Assembly (NCBI RefSeq): GCF_006345805.1
Contig: NC_043014.1
Span: 32,240,001-32,304,000 of the forward strand
Origin: Octopus sinensis
Taxonomy: Eukaryota
DNA: 64,000 nucleotides
Reading direction: 5' to 3'
In this document: in pieces, positions 52,216-64,000 of the stretch
Layout: each line of letters begins with the position of its first letter
Position numbering within the stretch: position 1 is the stretch's first letter
Position numbers and translations under genes: made by a program
The notes under the pieces: generated by a model
Databases searched by the model: none
Told to the model about the DNA's origin: nothing
Seen by the model: the letters and a program-made list of their open reading frames with translations, nothing else

Positions 52216-52428
52216 TGTGTGTCTGTTTTCGCCCCCTCCCCCCAGCATCGCTTGACAACTGATGCTGGTATGTTTACATCCCCGTAACTTAGCGTTTGGC
52301 CAAAGAGACCAATAGAATAAGTACTAGGCTTCCAAAGAATAAGTCCTGAGGTCGATTTGCTTGACTAAATGTGGTGCTCCAGCATGGCTGCAGCCAAATG
52401 ACTGAAACAAGTAAAAGAGTAAAAGAGG
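52001..52428 (+). mobile_element. SINE family A, full length
   Basis: GCAGGAGTGACTGTGTGGTAAG ... GAAACAAGTAAAAGAGTAAAAGAG. Confidence 0.9.
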
Positions 52429-52431
52429 AGG

Positions 52432-52625
52432 TTAAGGTGGTGAGCTTGCAAAATGCTTAGAGGCATTTCATCTGTCTGTATATTCTGAGTTCCAATTTTG
52501 CCGAGGTTCACTTTACCTTTTATCCTTTCAAGATCAATTATATAAGTACCAGTTCAGCATTGGGTTGAAGTAATTGTCTTACCTTCTTCCTCAAAATTAC
52601 TAGCCTTGTGCCAAAATTTGAAATC
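52432..52625 (+). mobile_element. SINE family B
   Basis: TAAGGTGGTGAGCTTGC...CTGAGTTCCAATTTTGCCGAGG. Confidence 0.75.
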
Positions 52626-52633
52626 ATATTTAA

Positions 52634-52854
52634 CCCTTTTGTTACCATATTTCTGTTGAGATGCTCTGTGTTTCTTTCAATTAATTTTAAATATAACAAA
52701 GAATTTAGTAAAATAACTTAGTTGTCATTAAGCTGTGTTGAGAACATAATTTGTAACTAGGGTTTGGTGGAAGATTTTAATTCAGAACTTTTGAAAACAA
52801 GACATTTGTACTACAGAGCCAGAGGCAGTTTCAGGTGGATTGGTATCAAAATGG
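52634..52854. mobile_element. piggyBac-like MITE, second family
   Basis: TTAA|CCCTTTTGTTACC ... GGTATCAAAATGG|TTAA; body unrelated to the 29119 family. Confidence 0.7.
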
Positions 52855-52935
52855 TTAAGGTAGAATGCTGGCAGAATCATTAATATGCCAAACAAAATTC
52901 TTAATGGTGTTTCATCCATCTCTATGTTCAAAGTA

Positions 52936-53502
52936 TTGGGTTGTCTAGAAAGTTTGTGCTGATTTCTAAAGGAAAGAAAAGGGTCAATAAATACTTGCCA
53001 TTACATTTTTAATTGACCAAATATAAACCATTTTGTTGCACAATGCGTCTCCATCTTTCCTTCAACTTGAAAATACCCTCTTCCCAGAATTGAGGTGGTT
53101 TCATGGCAAAGAATTCATCAAGGTATCTTTTTACGTCATCCAAGGAATTGAAATTTTTACCATTAAGACTATTCTGCAGTGACCTGAATAAGCGGAAATC
53201 CGAAGGAGCAATATCTGGTGCATATGGAGGGTGGGGTAACACATCCCAGCCAAGCTGCAGCAATTTTTGTCTGGTTCCCAAAGCATCAAGTGCCGAAAAT
53301 GAACTTTCTTATCTTCCATTTTAAAGGATTACAGAATTAAAACAGGTTATAGGAACATAAACCTTCTTCCACGAAAAGATAGCTTAAACTGTGCTCTAAA
53401 TAGAGGTGTAGTCAAATCCTATTTTATGGACTCAACCATGTTCTAAAATAAGGTCGAAAGGTAAGCTGCTATAAATCAGCACGAACTTTCCAGACAACCC
53501 AA
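52936..53502 (-). mobile_element. mariner deletion derivative (567 bp) nested in a SINE B (52856-53640)
   Basis: About 30-bp TIRs TTGGGTTGTC(T/C)AGAAAGTT and TA duplications at both ends. N-terminal MEDKKVHFRHLML is fused to C-terminal HPPYAPDIAPSDFRLF...ERWRRIVQQNG. Confidence 0.95.
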
Positions 53503-54009
53503 TACAAACTCTGCCAAGGCCAACTTTGCCTTTCATACTTTCAGGAATGATAAAATAAGTACTAGGTGAGCACTGAGGTCAATGTCATTGACATACCCAC
53601 TAACCCGAAATTGTTAAGCCTTGAGCCAAAAATTGAAATCAATATTATATACATGGAGGGCAGTGAGGTGGCAGAACATATTTGCATTCTGAGCAAAATG
53701 CTTACTGGCATTTCGCCCATCTATATGCTCTGTGTTCAAATCCTGCCTTTCAGAGATGACAGAATAACTACCTGTAGATCACTGGGAATTATTGGAATCT
53801 TGGGCTTTACAGAGATGTAAACAAAACAACACTGGTTGTCAAGTGGTGATGGATGTGTATATAAATAAATAAATATATATATATTTGTATGTATGTATGT
53901 ATGTATGTATGTATACAACCTTATGCATACACACACACACACACATATATATATGCATGTACATCTACAACTTATACATATATATATATATATATATAAT
54001 ATATATATC

Positions 54010-54390
54010 CCCACCAGCACAAGACCAGTCAGGTGGTCAATGCCAGTGCCGCCTGACTGGTCCTGTGCTAGTGGCACATAAAAAGCACCATTCAAGCATA
54101 GACGTTGCCTGTATTGCCTGACTGGCCCCTGTGCTGGTGGCATGTAAAAAGCACCATTCAAGTGTGGTCAGTGCCAGTACTGCCTGACTGGCCCGCATGC
54201 CGGTGGCATGTAAAAAAGCATCCACTACACACTCTGAGTTGTTGGCATTAGGAAGGGCATCCAGCTGTAGAAATTTTGGCAGATCAGACTGGAGCTTGGC
54301 ACAACCTTCTGGCTTGCCAGTCCTCAGTGAAACCGTCCAATCCATGCCAGCATGGAAAGCAGATGTTAAACAATGATGATGACGATGATG
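54010..54390 (+). mobile_element. RTE 3' UTR copy with subrepeats and GAT tail
   Basis: Repeated GGTGGCATGTAAAAAGCACC units, then GGAAGGGCATCCAGCTGTAG...GATGATGAT. Confidence 0.8.
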
Positions 54391-54750
54391 ATACCCACTA
54401 AGAGCTTCCACACAGTTTCCATCTTCCATATTCATGCACAGGACATTGGTCAACTCAAGGTTATCATAGAAGACATTTGCCCAGGTATCAGTAATATAAT
54501 CAGAGACTTAAAAGACAACAGGGTTGTCATGTATGGAACACCTCTAGTTAAAGGTTTACTTAATCAGGGTTGATTGAAGGTTAAACAAGAACAATAATAA
54601 CAGCACTGCATGCACTCCACCACTGCACACATCACCACCACATGGCTCACACACCACTCCGTACACATATATACATATATACTACTACGCCTTGCACATC
54701 ATTACATACATATAAGGACCACTGCAAACACCTCTGTACCACCACCTTAA

Positions 54751-55440
54751 CTCTTTAGCATTTAAAACAGCCATATCCAGCCAAAATATTCTACCGGCTT
54801 CATGCTCAAACCATCTAGGTCTGACCTATCACACCTATCCTCTAAAATGCCATTCTAAAAATTAACAGTCAGATCATCAAAACCTCAAAACTGTAAGATA
54901 ATGTGTGATTAATTCAAAACGATGCGAAGCAATAAGTACCGTAAATCCTCAAGTATAGTCCGCCCTTGAGTATAATACGCAGGGGATTTTTAGGGGGCTG
55001 TACCTCTGAAAAATCTAAACCTTGTGTATAATATGCACCTCTTCTCTAAGTTGAGTCAAGGAGGTCTATATAACGTCCTTTATTTGTAAAAATGTATACG
55101 GTAACATCCTTTATTATTATTGTATGTATAACATAATGCAAATGGGTAGCTTTTTTGTGCATTTTGTTTGCAGAAAATAAAGAAATAACAGTAATAACAG
55201 TATTTTTGCAAGGTATTTTTGCAAGGTATTTTTGCGCCCGACATCACAAAATGCAACTGAATAAACATTGCCGGACAGAAAATAAAGACCCGGTCATTGC
55301 TGAGAAAATAATTTTCATTTTTAACCTCAAATATTGTACACACTAGGGATTTTGACCTTTAAATTTTGGGAAAAAAATGCGGATTATACTCGAGATATTT
55401 ACGGTATAACATTTGACAGGGTAATCTGATTGCTAAAGGG
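54751..55440. mobile_element. piggyBac-like MITE interrupted by a pogo-like MITE
   Basis: TTAA|CTCTTTAGCATTT ... TGCTAAAGGG|TTAA. Confidence 0.85.
54939..55404. mobile_element. pogo/Tc1-like MITE (466 bp)
   Basis: TA|CCGTAAATCCTCAAGTATAGTCCGC ... GCGGATTATACTCGAGATATTTACGG|TA. Confidence 0.85.
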
Positions 55441-55639
55441 TTAAACAGCTGTTATTTCTGCAAGTCAATAAAGAATTCCCCTATGTAATCGGTCAATCTG
55501 CATCACTACTCTCTCTCCATATCAAACATTCATAATGGTGCCACACCCTTTCATATATCCATGCCATATGTCATGTCCCATGCACACTATTCCACCTCTT
55601 GCTAAAGGCCTTGTGCACATTCTCTCTCACAACTTGTAT

Positions 55640-56200
55640 TACATCCTGCCACTCTCTCACTCACCCGCGTACCATACCCTTACGCCACATCCTCATACCA
55701 CTCCCTTGTGCCGCACGCTCAATCCACGACCTCATGCCACACACTCTCATGCACACTCCTGTCACACCCTCATTCCACACCCACATACCACACCCTCACA
55801 CATGCCACACCCTTACTCCTCACTCTCATACCACACCCTCATTCCTCACCCTCATGCCACACCCTCACTCCTCACTCTCATGCCACACCCTCATATCACA
55901 CCCTCCTGTCACACCCTTATGCCACACCCACATACCACACCCTCACTCATGCCACACCCTCACTCCTCACTCTCCTACCACACCCTCATTCATCAACCTC
56001 ATGCCACATCCTCACTCCTCACCCTCACTCCTCACCCTCATGCCACACCCTCATACCACACCCTCCTGTCACACCCCTATGTCACACCCACATACCACAC
56101 CCTCATTCATGCCACACCCTCATTCCTCACCCTCATGCCACACCCTCCAACACACCCCATGCACCACCCACTCATACATACTCTACAGAGCATTCCATAC
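55640..56200. repeat. C-rich degenerate minisatellite (CCACACCCTCAT-based, about 13-bp period)
   Basis: Repeated ATGCCACACCCTC/ACTCCTCAC units; the overlapping His/Pro-rich ORFs are its translation. Confidence 0.9.
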
Positions 56201-57633
56201 ACCTCACACCATACCCGTTGCACTGAACCTATACCACACTACACTAAATTCTCCACAAGCACCATACTACCCCATGCAATACACACCACTTCACCCCTCC
56301 CACACACATACACCCATGCTACACTCTCCCCCCACATACTCCATGTCACCCCACCACACACAGACACACACACATACATCATTTTTTTTTTCAATCCAGT
56401 ACAATCAATTTCAAAAGACCAATTAGAATTCCATTCTGTTCTAATGGTAAATGGTAAATCTTCCAGCAGCACATCTTCATTTCCATGACAACCGTAATTA
56501 GTTACTTCCTGATTAGACAGAACACATGTTGCGGTGGTCATCCCTTGTGTCCAGAGAAGGAAGTGGGAGTAGAGAGGAGCTAAAGAATATGTGTCTATCT
56601 GGTGGTGGTGGTGGTGGTGGTGGTGGTGGTGGTGGTGGTGGAAGATATCTTTTGTAGGGTGATTTGACACACACACACACAAATATAACCACAACACACT
56701 CTTATTCCTGTGTACACACATCCTCATGAAAGTATCCACATATACTTTAACATTTGCACACACACACACACATGCACACATTCTCAGAGACCTCAGGCTC
56801 CTCTACACACAGACATATATAGACACACATACACATATATACAGAAATGCTTCCACCCGTATATGCACTAGTCATCATTTGTAGACCGGCATTCCACCAG
56901 TTCAATACCAGGATGAGCTCTCTGTTATGAGAACTGGAGTACAGAAGTGATTTCTCCTGTAAGACACCAAAAGGTAGGAGCTGGATCCCTCGTTAAATGT
57001 TAACGAATAACTTTCCAGTTTTACAGTTGCTACTTCATTTATTGTTCTTTTATAACTGTTTACAATTAAGTGGAGAATTAATTAACCTAGCTATACAAGA
57101 CACATAGACACAACATAATGCTGATGAGAGAAATTGAACAGCTGACCTCTCAGCTCGTTGCTCATTACTTTTTGCACCAGTGCATGTATACTGGACAAAA
57201 CGTGTGTGTGTGTGTGTGTTTATGTAGAATGTTTTATGTCAGATGAATGAAAGAAGGTTGGTTGATACATTTTGAAGGGAATATAGTTTTATCAAAACTG
57301 AATGTTTGGCTTGTAATGAAAGTTTCATGCCATTGTGATCTTCAGGTAAGAACTGTTACAGTTCAGTATAAGTGATGTATTTATATCCTTTGGTGGGTGA
57401 GTGTTCTAGTGTTTGTATCTATATTTTGCTTTGCATTTCATATTTTTGATTGGGCATTGTTTCTCTGGACTATTTATTGGTTGTTTAGAAGACACATTTT
57501 TGTGATGTATTCCTCATTTATATTTCTCATAAGCGTTGGAGTGAGAATTATTAATTTCATTATAGTTTATAGTTTAGTTGGTGATGGAGTACATTTCCAT
57601 TTTCTTTTTCTGTGCATATATTAGGTTGGATAT

Positions 57634-57678
57634 GGTGCTGAAGAAGGAGCAACAACTCCTGAAATATGCATATACACC
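57634..57678 (+). ncRNA. Type I hammerhead ribozyme, canonical core, minimal/dimeric type
   Basis: GGTG-CTGAAGA-AGGAG-CAACAA-CTCCT-GAA-ATATGCATAT-A-CACC: intact core, perfect 5-bp stem II, palindromic stem III, perfect 4-bp (extendable) stem I. Confidence 0.85.
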
Positions 57679-57874
57679 CATTCATTACATACTAAGGCAG
57701 TGCTCCAGGATGGCCACAGTCTAATGACTGAAACAAATAAAAGATAAAAGAAAAGGTTATGTGTGGGGATTGTAAGGTGATAAATGTTGTTTGGAGAAAG
57801 GTTGTTTATGAATGATGTTAACCTTGAAATCAATTAAGGCCATATCTAATTGTAGGTAGTTATATTCTTGTGAA

Positions 57875-58645
57875 GGCACGTGACTCAGTGGTTGGAGCAT
57901 TGAGCTCACGATCATGAGGTAGTGAGTTTGATTCCCAGACTGGGCTGTGTGTTGTGTGCTTGAGCAAGACACTTTATTTCACATTGCTCCAGTTCTACTC
58001 AGTTGTAGAAATGAGTTGCAATGTCACTTGTGCCAAGCTGTATCGGCTGTTGCCTTTCCCTTGGATAACACCAGTGGTGTGGAGAGTGGAGGCTGGTATG
58101 CGTGGGCAACTGCTGGTCTTCTTTAAACAACCTTGCCCAGACTTGTGCCTCAGAGGGAAACTTTCTAGGATACAATCTCATGGTCATTCATGACAGAAGT
58201 GGATCTTTACCTTATGTATGTATGTATGTATGTATGTATGTATGTATGTATGTATGTATGTATGTATGTATGTATGTATGTATGTATGTATGTATGTACG
58301 TATGTATGAGTGAAGGTGCATGGCTCAGTGGTTAGAGCATCAGGCTCACAATCATGTGGTAGTGGGTCCAACTCCTAGACCAGGCTGTGTGTTGTATTCT
58401 TGAGCAAGAAATTTTATTTTACTCTGCTCCTGTTCACTCAGCTGTAGAAATGAGTTGCGGCGTCACTGGTGCCAAGATGTATCGGCCTTTGCTTTCCCTT
58501 GGATAACATCAGTGGTATGGTGAGGGGAGGCTGGTATGCATGAGCAAACTACTGTTCCATAAACAAACTTGATCAGACTTGTGCACTGGAGGGTAACTTT
58601 CTTGATGCAGTCCCATGGTCATTCATGACCAAAGGGGATCTTTAC
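57875..58645 (+). mobile_element. Two tandem SINE family C copies separated by (TATG)n
   Basis: 57875-58212 and 58313-58645; both have the A/B boxes and the central domain. Confidence 0.9.
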
Positions 58646-58842
58646 TTTTTACCCTAGTTATATTCTTAATGAATGGGGATACCCATCTGAGTGAGTTTTG
58701 GTGTTGAGTATTTGGAATTGTATGAAAAACATCTGTCTTTTATACTTGTTGATATTGAGATGGAATTTTGTTCATTTGTTATGAGAAAATATGTGTAGTT
58801 GTATGCATGTGTGCATGCGCGCACGTGTGTGTGTGTGTGTGT

Positions 58843-58932
58843 GTGTCTGGTCATTTCCTATGGTTACATGTTTTCAGAATTTTGTGTGTCACATGGTATT
58901 AAGGGAATATTTGTGTGTGAATCTGTGTGTGG

Positions 58933-58971
<39 letters not shown>

Positions 58972-59158
58972 TGTTTGTGTGTGTGTGTGTGTTCGTGTCC
59001 GTGTGTGTTCGTGTCCGTGTGTGTGTCTGGTCATTTCCTATGGTTACATGTTTTCAGAATTTTGTGTCTCACATGGTTTTAAGGAAATATTTGTGTATGA
59101 ATTTGTGTGTGGCTGTGTGTGTGTGTGTGTGTTTTGTGTGTGTGTGTGTGTGTGTTTT

Positions 59159-59192
<34 letters not shown>

Positions 59193-59200
59193 GTCATCTA
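58843..59200. repeat. Tandem duplication (about 180-bp unit) with (TG)n
   Basis: CTGGTCATTTCCTATGGTTACATGTTTTCAGAATTTTG at about 58847 and 59027. Confidence 0.9.
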
Positions 59201-60043
59201 GCTTTCATATGCATGTGTGTATGACTGGGAAGGGTTCTTGCTGATTTGCTAGTGGTCATGGAATATATTATGAAAATAAAAATATATGTATGGTGTGTGT
59301 GTGTGAGTGTGATTTTGTGAGTCCCTTATAGAGAAAGGTGTGTATGAGCAGTGTTAGCTGTGAAACTAATTAAGAACGTATCTACTGTGGATAGGGATGA
59401 TTTTAATGAATGACGTTTCAAGGTTGAGTGGTTTTGCCATGTTGTGTTATTAGACATTTATTGGTGTTTGTGTTTTCTTTTTAGTATGTAATGAATAAAC
59501 AACTTACTTTTATGCTCATTAGTATGTGTGTTGAGTATGTGTATTTGGTGTAGTTGTAATGGAATTTTGTTTTGGATGAAATGGTATTTTATTCTATTGT
59601 TTTGAAAAATATTTACCTGTGTGAGTGTGTGTGTGTAAGTATGTGCGTGTATGCGTGTATATGTGTGTGTATTTGTGTGAATGTGTGTGTGTGTGCACTC
59701 ATGCATACACACACACACACACATGAGAGTGTGATGGCTGAGATGACTAGGGGTGTATTGTTATTTGTCTAAACCCAAACTACATACAAATACTCAATAA
59801 ATAGAAAATGCAGACCAATGAACAGACACAATCATCAGTCCACCCCACCACCACCACCACCACCCATAATTACAAAAACTACAACATGTAAAAGACAAAA
59901 GTCCTAAACAGCTAATGAAGAAGCCAGAAAACACAGCATCCAATCAATGACTGAAATGCTGATCAATCAACAAACACAACCACTTGACCAACCACACATA
60001 TAAACCAAAAAATATAAAAAACCCCAAAACTGAGTTGTAACAG

Positions 60044-60092
60044 TTCTTGCCTGACGATCACAGTTGTGTGAAACACAACCTGTGTAAGAGAC
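60044..60092 (+). ncRNA. Type I hammerhead-like motif
   Basis: CTGACGA 60051-57, T-CAC-AGTT-GTG-T stem II, GAA, ACACA-ACC-TGTGT stem III, then A. Stem I imperfect (TCTT/AAGA offset). Confidence 0.6.
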
Positions 60093-60180
60093 AAAATTCA
60101 GTTTCTATAAAACTATGGCTGTGGCCATGTTGGTGGTGCTCCACATTGCTACAGCATGGCTACTGTAATGATTTAATTGT

Positions 60181-60400
60181 AGAGGTGCATGGCTTAATGG
60201 TTAGGGTGCAGGACACATGAGTGTAAGATTGTGATTTTGATTCCTGGACCAGGCGATTCATTGTGTTCTTGAGCAAGACATTTCATTTCATGTTGCTCCA
60301 GTCCACTCAGCTGGTAAAAAAAGAGTAATCCTGAAAAGGACCAGCTTCCCATCCAGGAAGGTGTATATATATCTGAGATACTTGGAAACTGGCCCTATGC
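60181..60400 (+). mobile_element. SINE family C, diverged
   Basis: GGCTTAATGGTTAGGG...TTGAGCAAGACATTTCATTTCATGTTGCTCCAGTCCACTCAGC. Confidence 0.8.
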
Positions 60401-61133
60401 TCCTTACAAAATAATGTGAACTAACCTTTAATTTTATCATTTTAGATTTACTTCTGTTACAGACCAAGCAATAACATCCATCAACTTTCCATCCAAGCCT
60501 TCCTTTTTTAAAAGCTTAGCCATAGGAAGAAGATCAATGTCCACGACTAAGGTCTCCAATACTAGTGGAAAGAAGGGAAGAATTTATCTTCAGACTGTTG
60601 ACTTGGGCCCAAATGCTTGCAACAAAGAGTATCCCATATTAAGGTACCAAAACACCAAGTAATTGCATTAAACAAGGTGACGGATTAAGAATACCACCCT
60701 AAGATAGATACAATTTATCTCAGAAGTATGTAGCTGACCTAATGCTCTGATGTAATACACTTGCCCAAGGGGCTGTTTTTACTGTTGTTAAGCCTTGTTG
60801 TTAGCCAGACATTGCACATGAGAGGTGTTGACTGTTTCAACTGATCAGATATTGTTGTTGCTACCTTCACACTCTAATATAATGTTATTGATCTCCGTCT
60901 ATGTCTAACTCAATCAATATATACTTCCACTTCTGTTGCTCTACGAGCTCTGTTTCTTTGCTTTGAAAAACCAATCACATAAGTAATCAATCACAGTGCT
61001 AATTAATCACATTACTAATCAATCACATCTGTGATCAATTACATTATTAAACCATTGTTTGATACATATTGAACTATTATCTATTGTCTTCACTACAGTG
61101 GTAACAAGAGGCAAATGCTATCAAGCTATTTGG

Positions 61134-61168
<35 letters not shown>

Positions 61169-61254
61169 GTTGTCGTCATCATCATCATCATCATTGTCGT
61201 CATCATCATCATCATCATCATCATCATCGTTGTCGTCATCATCATCATCATCAT

Positions 61255-61380
61255 CGTCATTGTTTAACATCTGTTTTACATCCTGGCATCAGTTAGACAG
61301 TTTGGCATCAGGCTCCAATTGTCTGTTGTATGGTTTCTACAACTGGATGCCCTTCCTCTGGCCAACCATTTAACAGAATG
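61255..61380 (-). mobile_element. RTE 3' UTR copy after a (CAT)n array
   Basis: GTTTAACATCTG...CTGGATGCCCTTCCTCTGGCCAACCA. Confidence 0.65.
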
Positions 61381-61442
61381 TATGTATGTGTGTATGTATG
61401 TTTGTATGTATGTACATATGTATGTATCTATCTGTCTGTTTA

Positions 61443-61510
<68 letters not shown>

Positions 61511-61619
61511 CATATCTATCTATCTATTTATCTATCTGTCAAATCTATCTATTTATCGACCTATCTATCACTATTTTACTCACTCCGTCTATTTTATTGT
61601 GTGTGTGTGTGTGTTTCTT

Positions 61620-61755
61620 TCTATGTTCCTATCTGTGGAAGAGCATAGGCTTGAAACGTTAAAGACTTTTTCACTTCCCGAGCATTAAACTAATACATCT
61701 GTTGTCTACACCACCTGTCTTCATCTTTTGTTTTTTTTTGTGAATTCTCCCCTAT
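61620..61755 (+). mobile_element. Second copy of the 8697-8880 repeat, with hammerhead-like motif at 61633-61666
   Basis: CTGTGGAA-GAGC-ATAG-GCTT-GAAACGTT-AAAGA. Confidence 0.65.
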
Positions 61756-61781
61756 AAATAAATGTGTGTGTGTGTGTGTGT

Positions 61782-61819
<38 letters not shown>

Positions 61820-61909
61820 CATATATATCTACTTACCTACCTATTTATCTATCTATCACATTAGTGACATTTCTTATCTAGCACTCTTGTGACAAATAAA
61901 GTTATATTA

Positions 61910-61946
61910 TCATCAATGTTACCATCTATTATTATTATTATTATCA

Positions 61947-61998
<52 letters not shown>

Positions 61999-62014
61999 CA
62001 TCAATGTTACCATC

Positions 62015-62107
<93 letters not shown>

Positions 62108-62109
62108 CA

Positions 62110-62173
<64 letters not shown>

Positions 62174-62200
62174 ATAATAATGATAATAATAATAACAATA
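61910..62200. repeat. (TTA)n array with a duplicated CATCAATGTTACCATCT block
   Basis: Directly visible. Confidence 0.9.
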
Positions 62201-62344
62201 ACAACAACAGCAACAACCATTTTAGTAGCAGTGTGTCTGTTTTATTTTATTTTGTTTGATATCCATTCAACAGTTTGTAGAATCTTTCACAGCATTATGC
62301 ACAAATCTTTGCTATAACTTGAAGCAATATGTAACACTCTCCGA

Positions 62345-62535
62345 TAACAAATTCTATTTGACAAATCATATTTCATAAATACCCTTTCGTAAATCTCATT
62401 TTATAAATATCATTTGATAAATCCCATTTGATAAATGCCATAGAATAACCTTTTCATGCATTCACTTTAAAATATGTCTTTGATAAATCCTATTTCATAA
62501 TTCCCATTTGACAAACATTTCCATAAATTAAATTG
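62345..62535. repeat. Degenerate minisatellite (about 16 bp, ATTTGATAAATCCC-like)
   Basis: Repeated (A/C)TTT(G/C)ATAAAT units. Confidence 0.7.
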
Positions 62536-62756
62536 TAATTTTGTTAAACTTTCAGCTATTTATATACGCTGGCATTTATTAAAATCATTTTCTATTCAGA
62601 TCTATTGGATATCGCTGTTAATATAGCTGACTGCAATAATGGTTAGTGTGTGTCTTTTAATGTCCTCTGTGACATGAGCCAATGATGATATCAACTAAGG
62701 CAACATTGCTTGAACATTCTATTGTTGCAGTCTTTTCACAGCACTAGGAAAACAAA

Positions 62757-62776
62757 TACCAATAATAATAATGATG

Positions 62777-62832
<56 letters not shown>

Positions 62833-62839
62833 GATAATG

Positions 62840-62938
<99 letters not shown>

Positions 62939-62942
62939 AATG

Positions 62943-62997
<55 letters not shown>
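62757..62997. repeat. (TAA)/(TGA) microsatellite
   Basis: Directly visible. Confidence 0.95.
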
Positions 62998-62998
<1 letters not shown>

Positions 62999-62999
62999 T

Positions 63000-63480
63000 T
63001 AACTGATTGGAAGTGTTATCATGTACATTGTTTTGTCTTGGTATAAAAGATGGGCTACAGCACCACAGATTTGCTTGTCAGTTGTGTGACCTTAACCAGT
63101 TGACTATGTCCCTTAGTGGCTGATGATATGTGCATCTCTGATCATGAGCAGAAGTAGTGGGGGGCATCATAACCATGTGTTCAGAGGGATTCTTTGGTGT
63201 TTGAATAATTCACCTCTGGAAACATGGGTGGTTCGTTCAACATCCTTAAACAACCCTTATCAGAGACCTTTTGAGTGGGATGGATTACTCGACCAGAAGA
63301 AAATTCTAACTGGGCTCCACCTGCAAGGTCATGTGCTGTTTATCTTGATATGAAGTCACCATGTTGCGTACACATGTGCCTAGTGTACCCTTATCAGACG
63401 GGTAGTCATGATGGCTATACTGGACTTCATATATTTTACCTCAGTGTCACTTTGATGGCATGCACAGCTCTCGCACTCAA
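63000..63480. mobile_element. About 480-bp element between (TAA)n tracts, class uncertain
   Basis: Non-coding and GC-richer than its flanks, bounded by TAA repeats. It resembles an Octopus repeat I recall. Confidence 0.45.
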
Positions 63481-63511
63481 TGATAATAATAACATTGATA
63501 TTGATAATAAA

Positions 63512-63952
63512 AATACTTAAACTAATAGATGTAAGTGTTCCCACTGATGAAAATAAATCAGTAAAGACATTTGACAAATTAAGTAAATATAAGGACCTGG
63601 AAATTGAAATACAAAAAACGTGGCATCTTAAAGCAAGAACTGTTCATGTTATTGTGGGTGCCCTCGAAAGGGATGTCAAAAACATCTAGATAATATTCCA
63701 GGGAACCATGTCTCAGAGAAATCCAAAAGATTGTGCTGACAAGTACTACCCACATTCTTATAAAAACCCTGTCCATTTAAATGTCTGTGTTGTATTACGT
63801 GAAGATATTTCGCTACTGCTCCTACCACTTCCCCTTTCCAAGCTTTCAGTCATATTGTAACATTTCTTGTTCTTCACTTGCCCTAGGATGCTTGGTGTTT
63901 CTCGACAAGTGATTATAACAAACATGCAGATTGAAAGTAACTAATAATAATA

Positions 63953-63955
<3 letters not shown>
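63512..63955 (+). mobile_element. 5'-truncated RLE-type non-LTR retrotransposon (R4/Dong-like)
   Basis: LIDVSVPTD...KLSKYKDLEIEIQKTWHLKARTVHVIVGAL / HLDNIPG...EIQKIVLTSTTHIL is the RLE (D...EK..KY) C-terminus. A 3' UTR ending in (TAA)n follows. Confidence 0.85.

Positions 63956-64000
<45 letters not shown>

Noticed and set aside
55535-56488. 317-aa and 275-aa His/Pro-rich ORFs
   Set aside because: They coincide with a C-rich minisatellite that lacks stops in several frames.
56888-56973. Exon-like segment between TTTGTAG and AAG|GTAGGA
   Set aside because: Stops in all three plus-strand frames and no other support.
60420-60960. Possible degenerate LINE coding sequence
   Set aside because: Only a weak frameshifted resemblance to an RT motif; not supportable without a profile search.

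Overview
AT-rich, microsatellite-dense animal genomic DNA, intergenic or deep intronic. The repeat families resemble those I recall from Octopus (inference; no database search was possible). No host protein-coding gene can be supported; almost all listed ORFs are microsatellite translations. The window is a patchwork of mobile-element relics: three tRNA-derived SINE families, RTE and CR1 LINE fragments, an R4/Dong-like RLE LINE tail, four or more Tc1/mariner relics (DD37E TRT-like, DD34E IR/DR, two mariners), piggyBac-like and pogo-like MITEs (often nested), a long-arm foldback element and a 5'-truncated Penelope-like element (GIY-YIG) with inverted pseudo-LTRs. The most striking signal is at least eight sequence-unrelated type I hammerhead-ribozyme-like motifs at 10 sites. 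One is fully canonical (57634-57678) and several carry core changes, two of them shared by duplicated copies. They often lie in inversion or palindrome structures, including a perfect 78-bp-arm palindrome.
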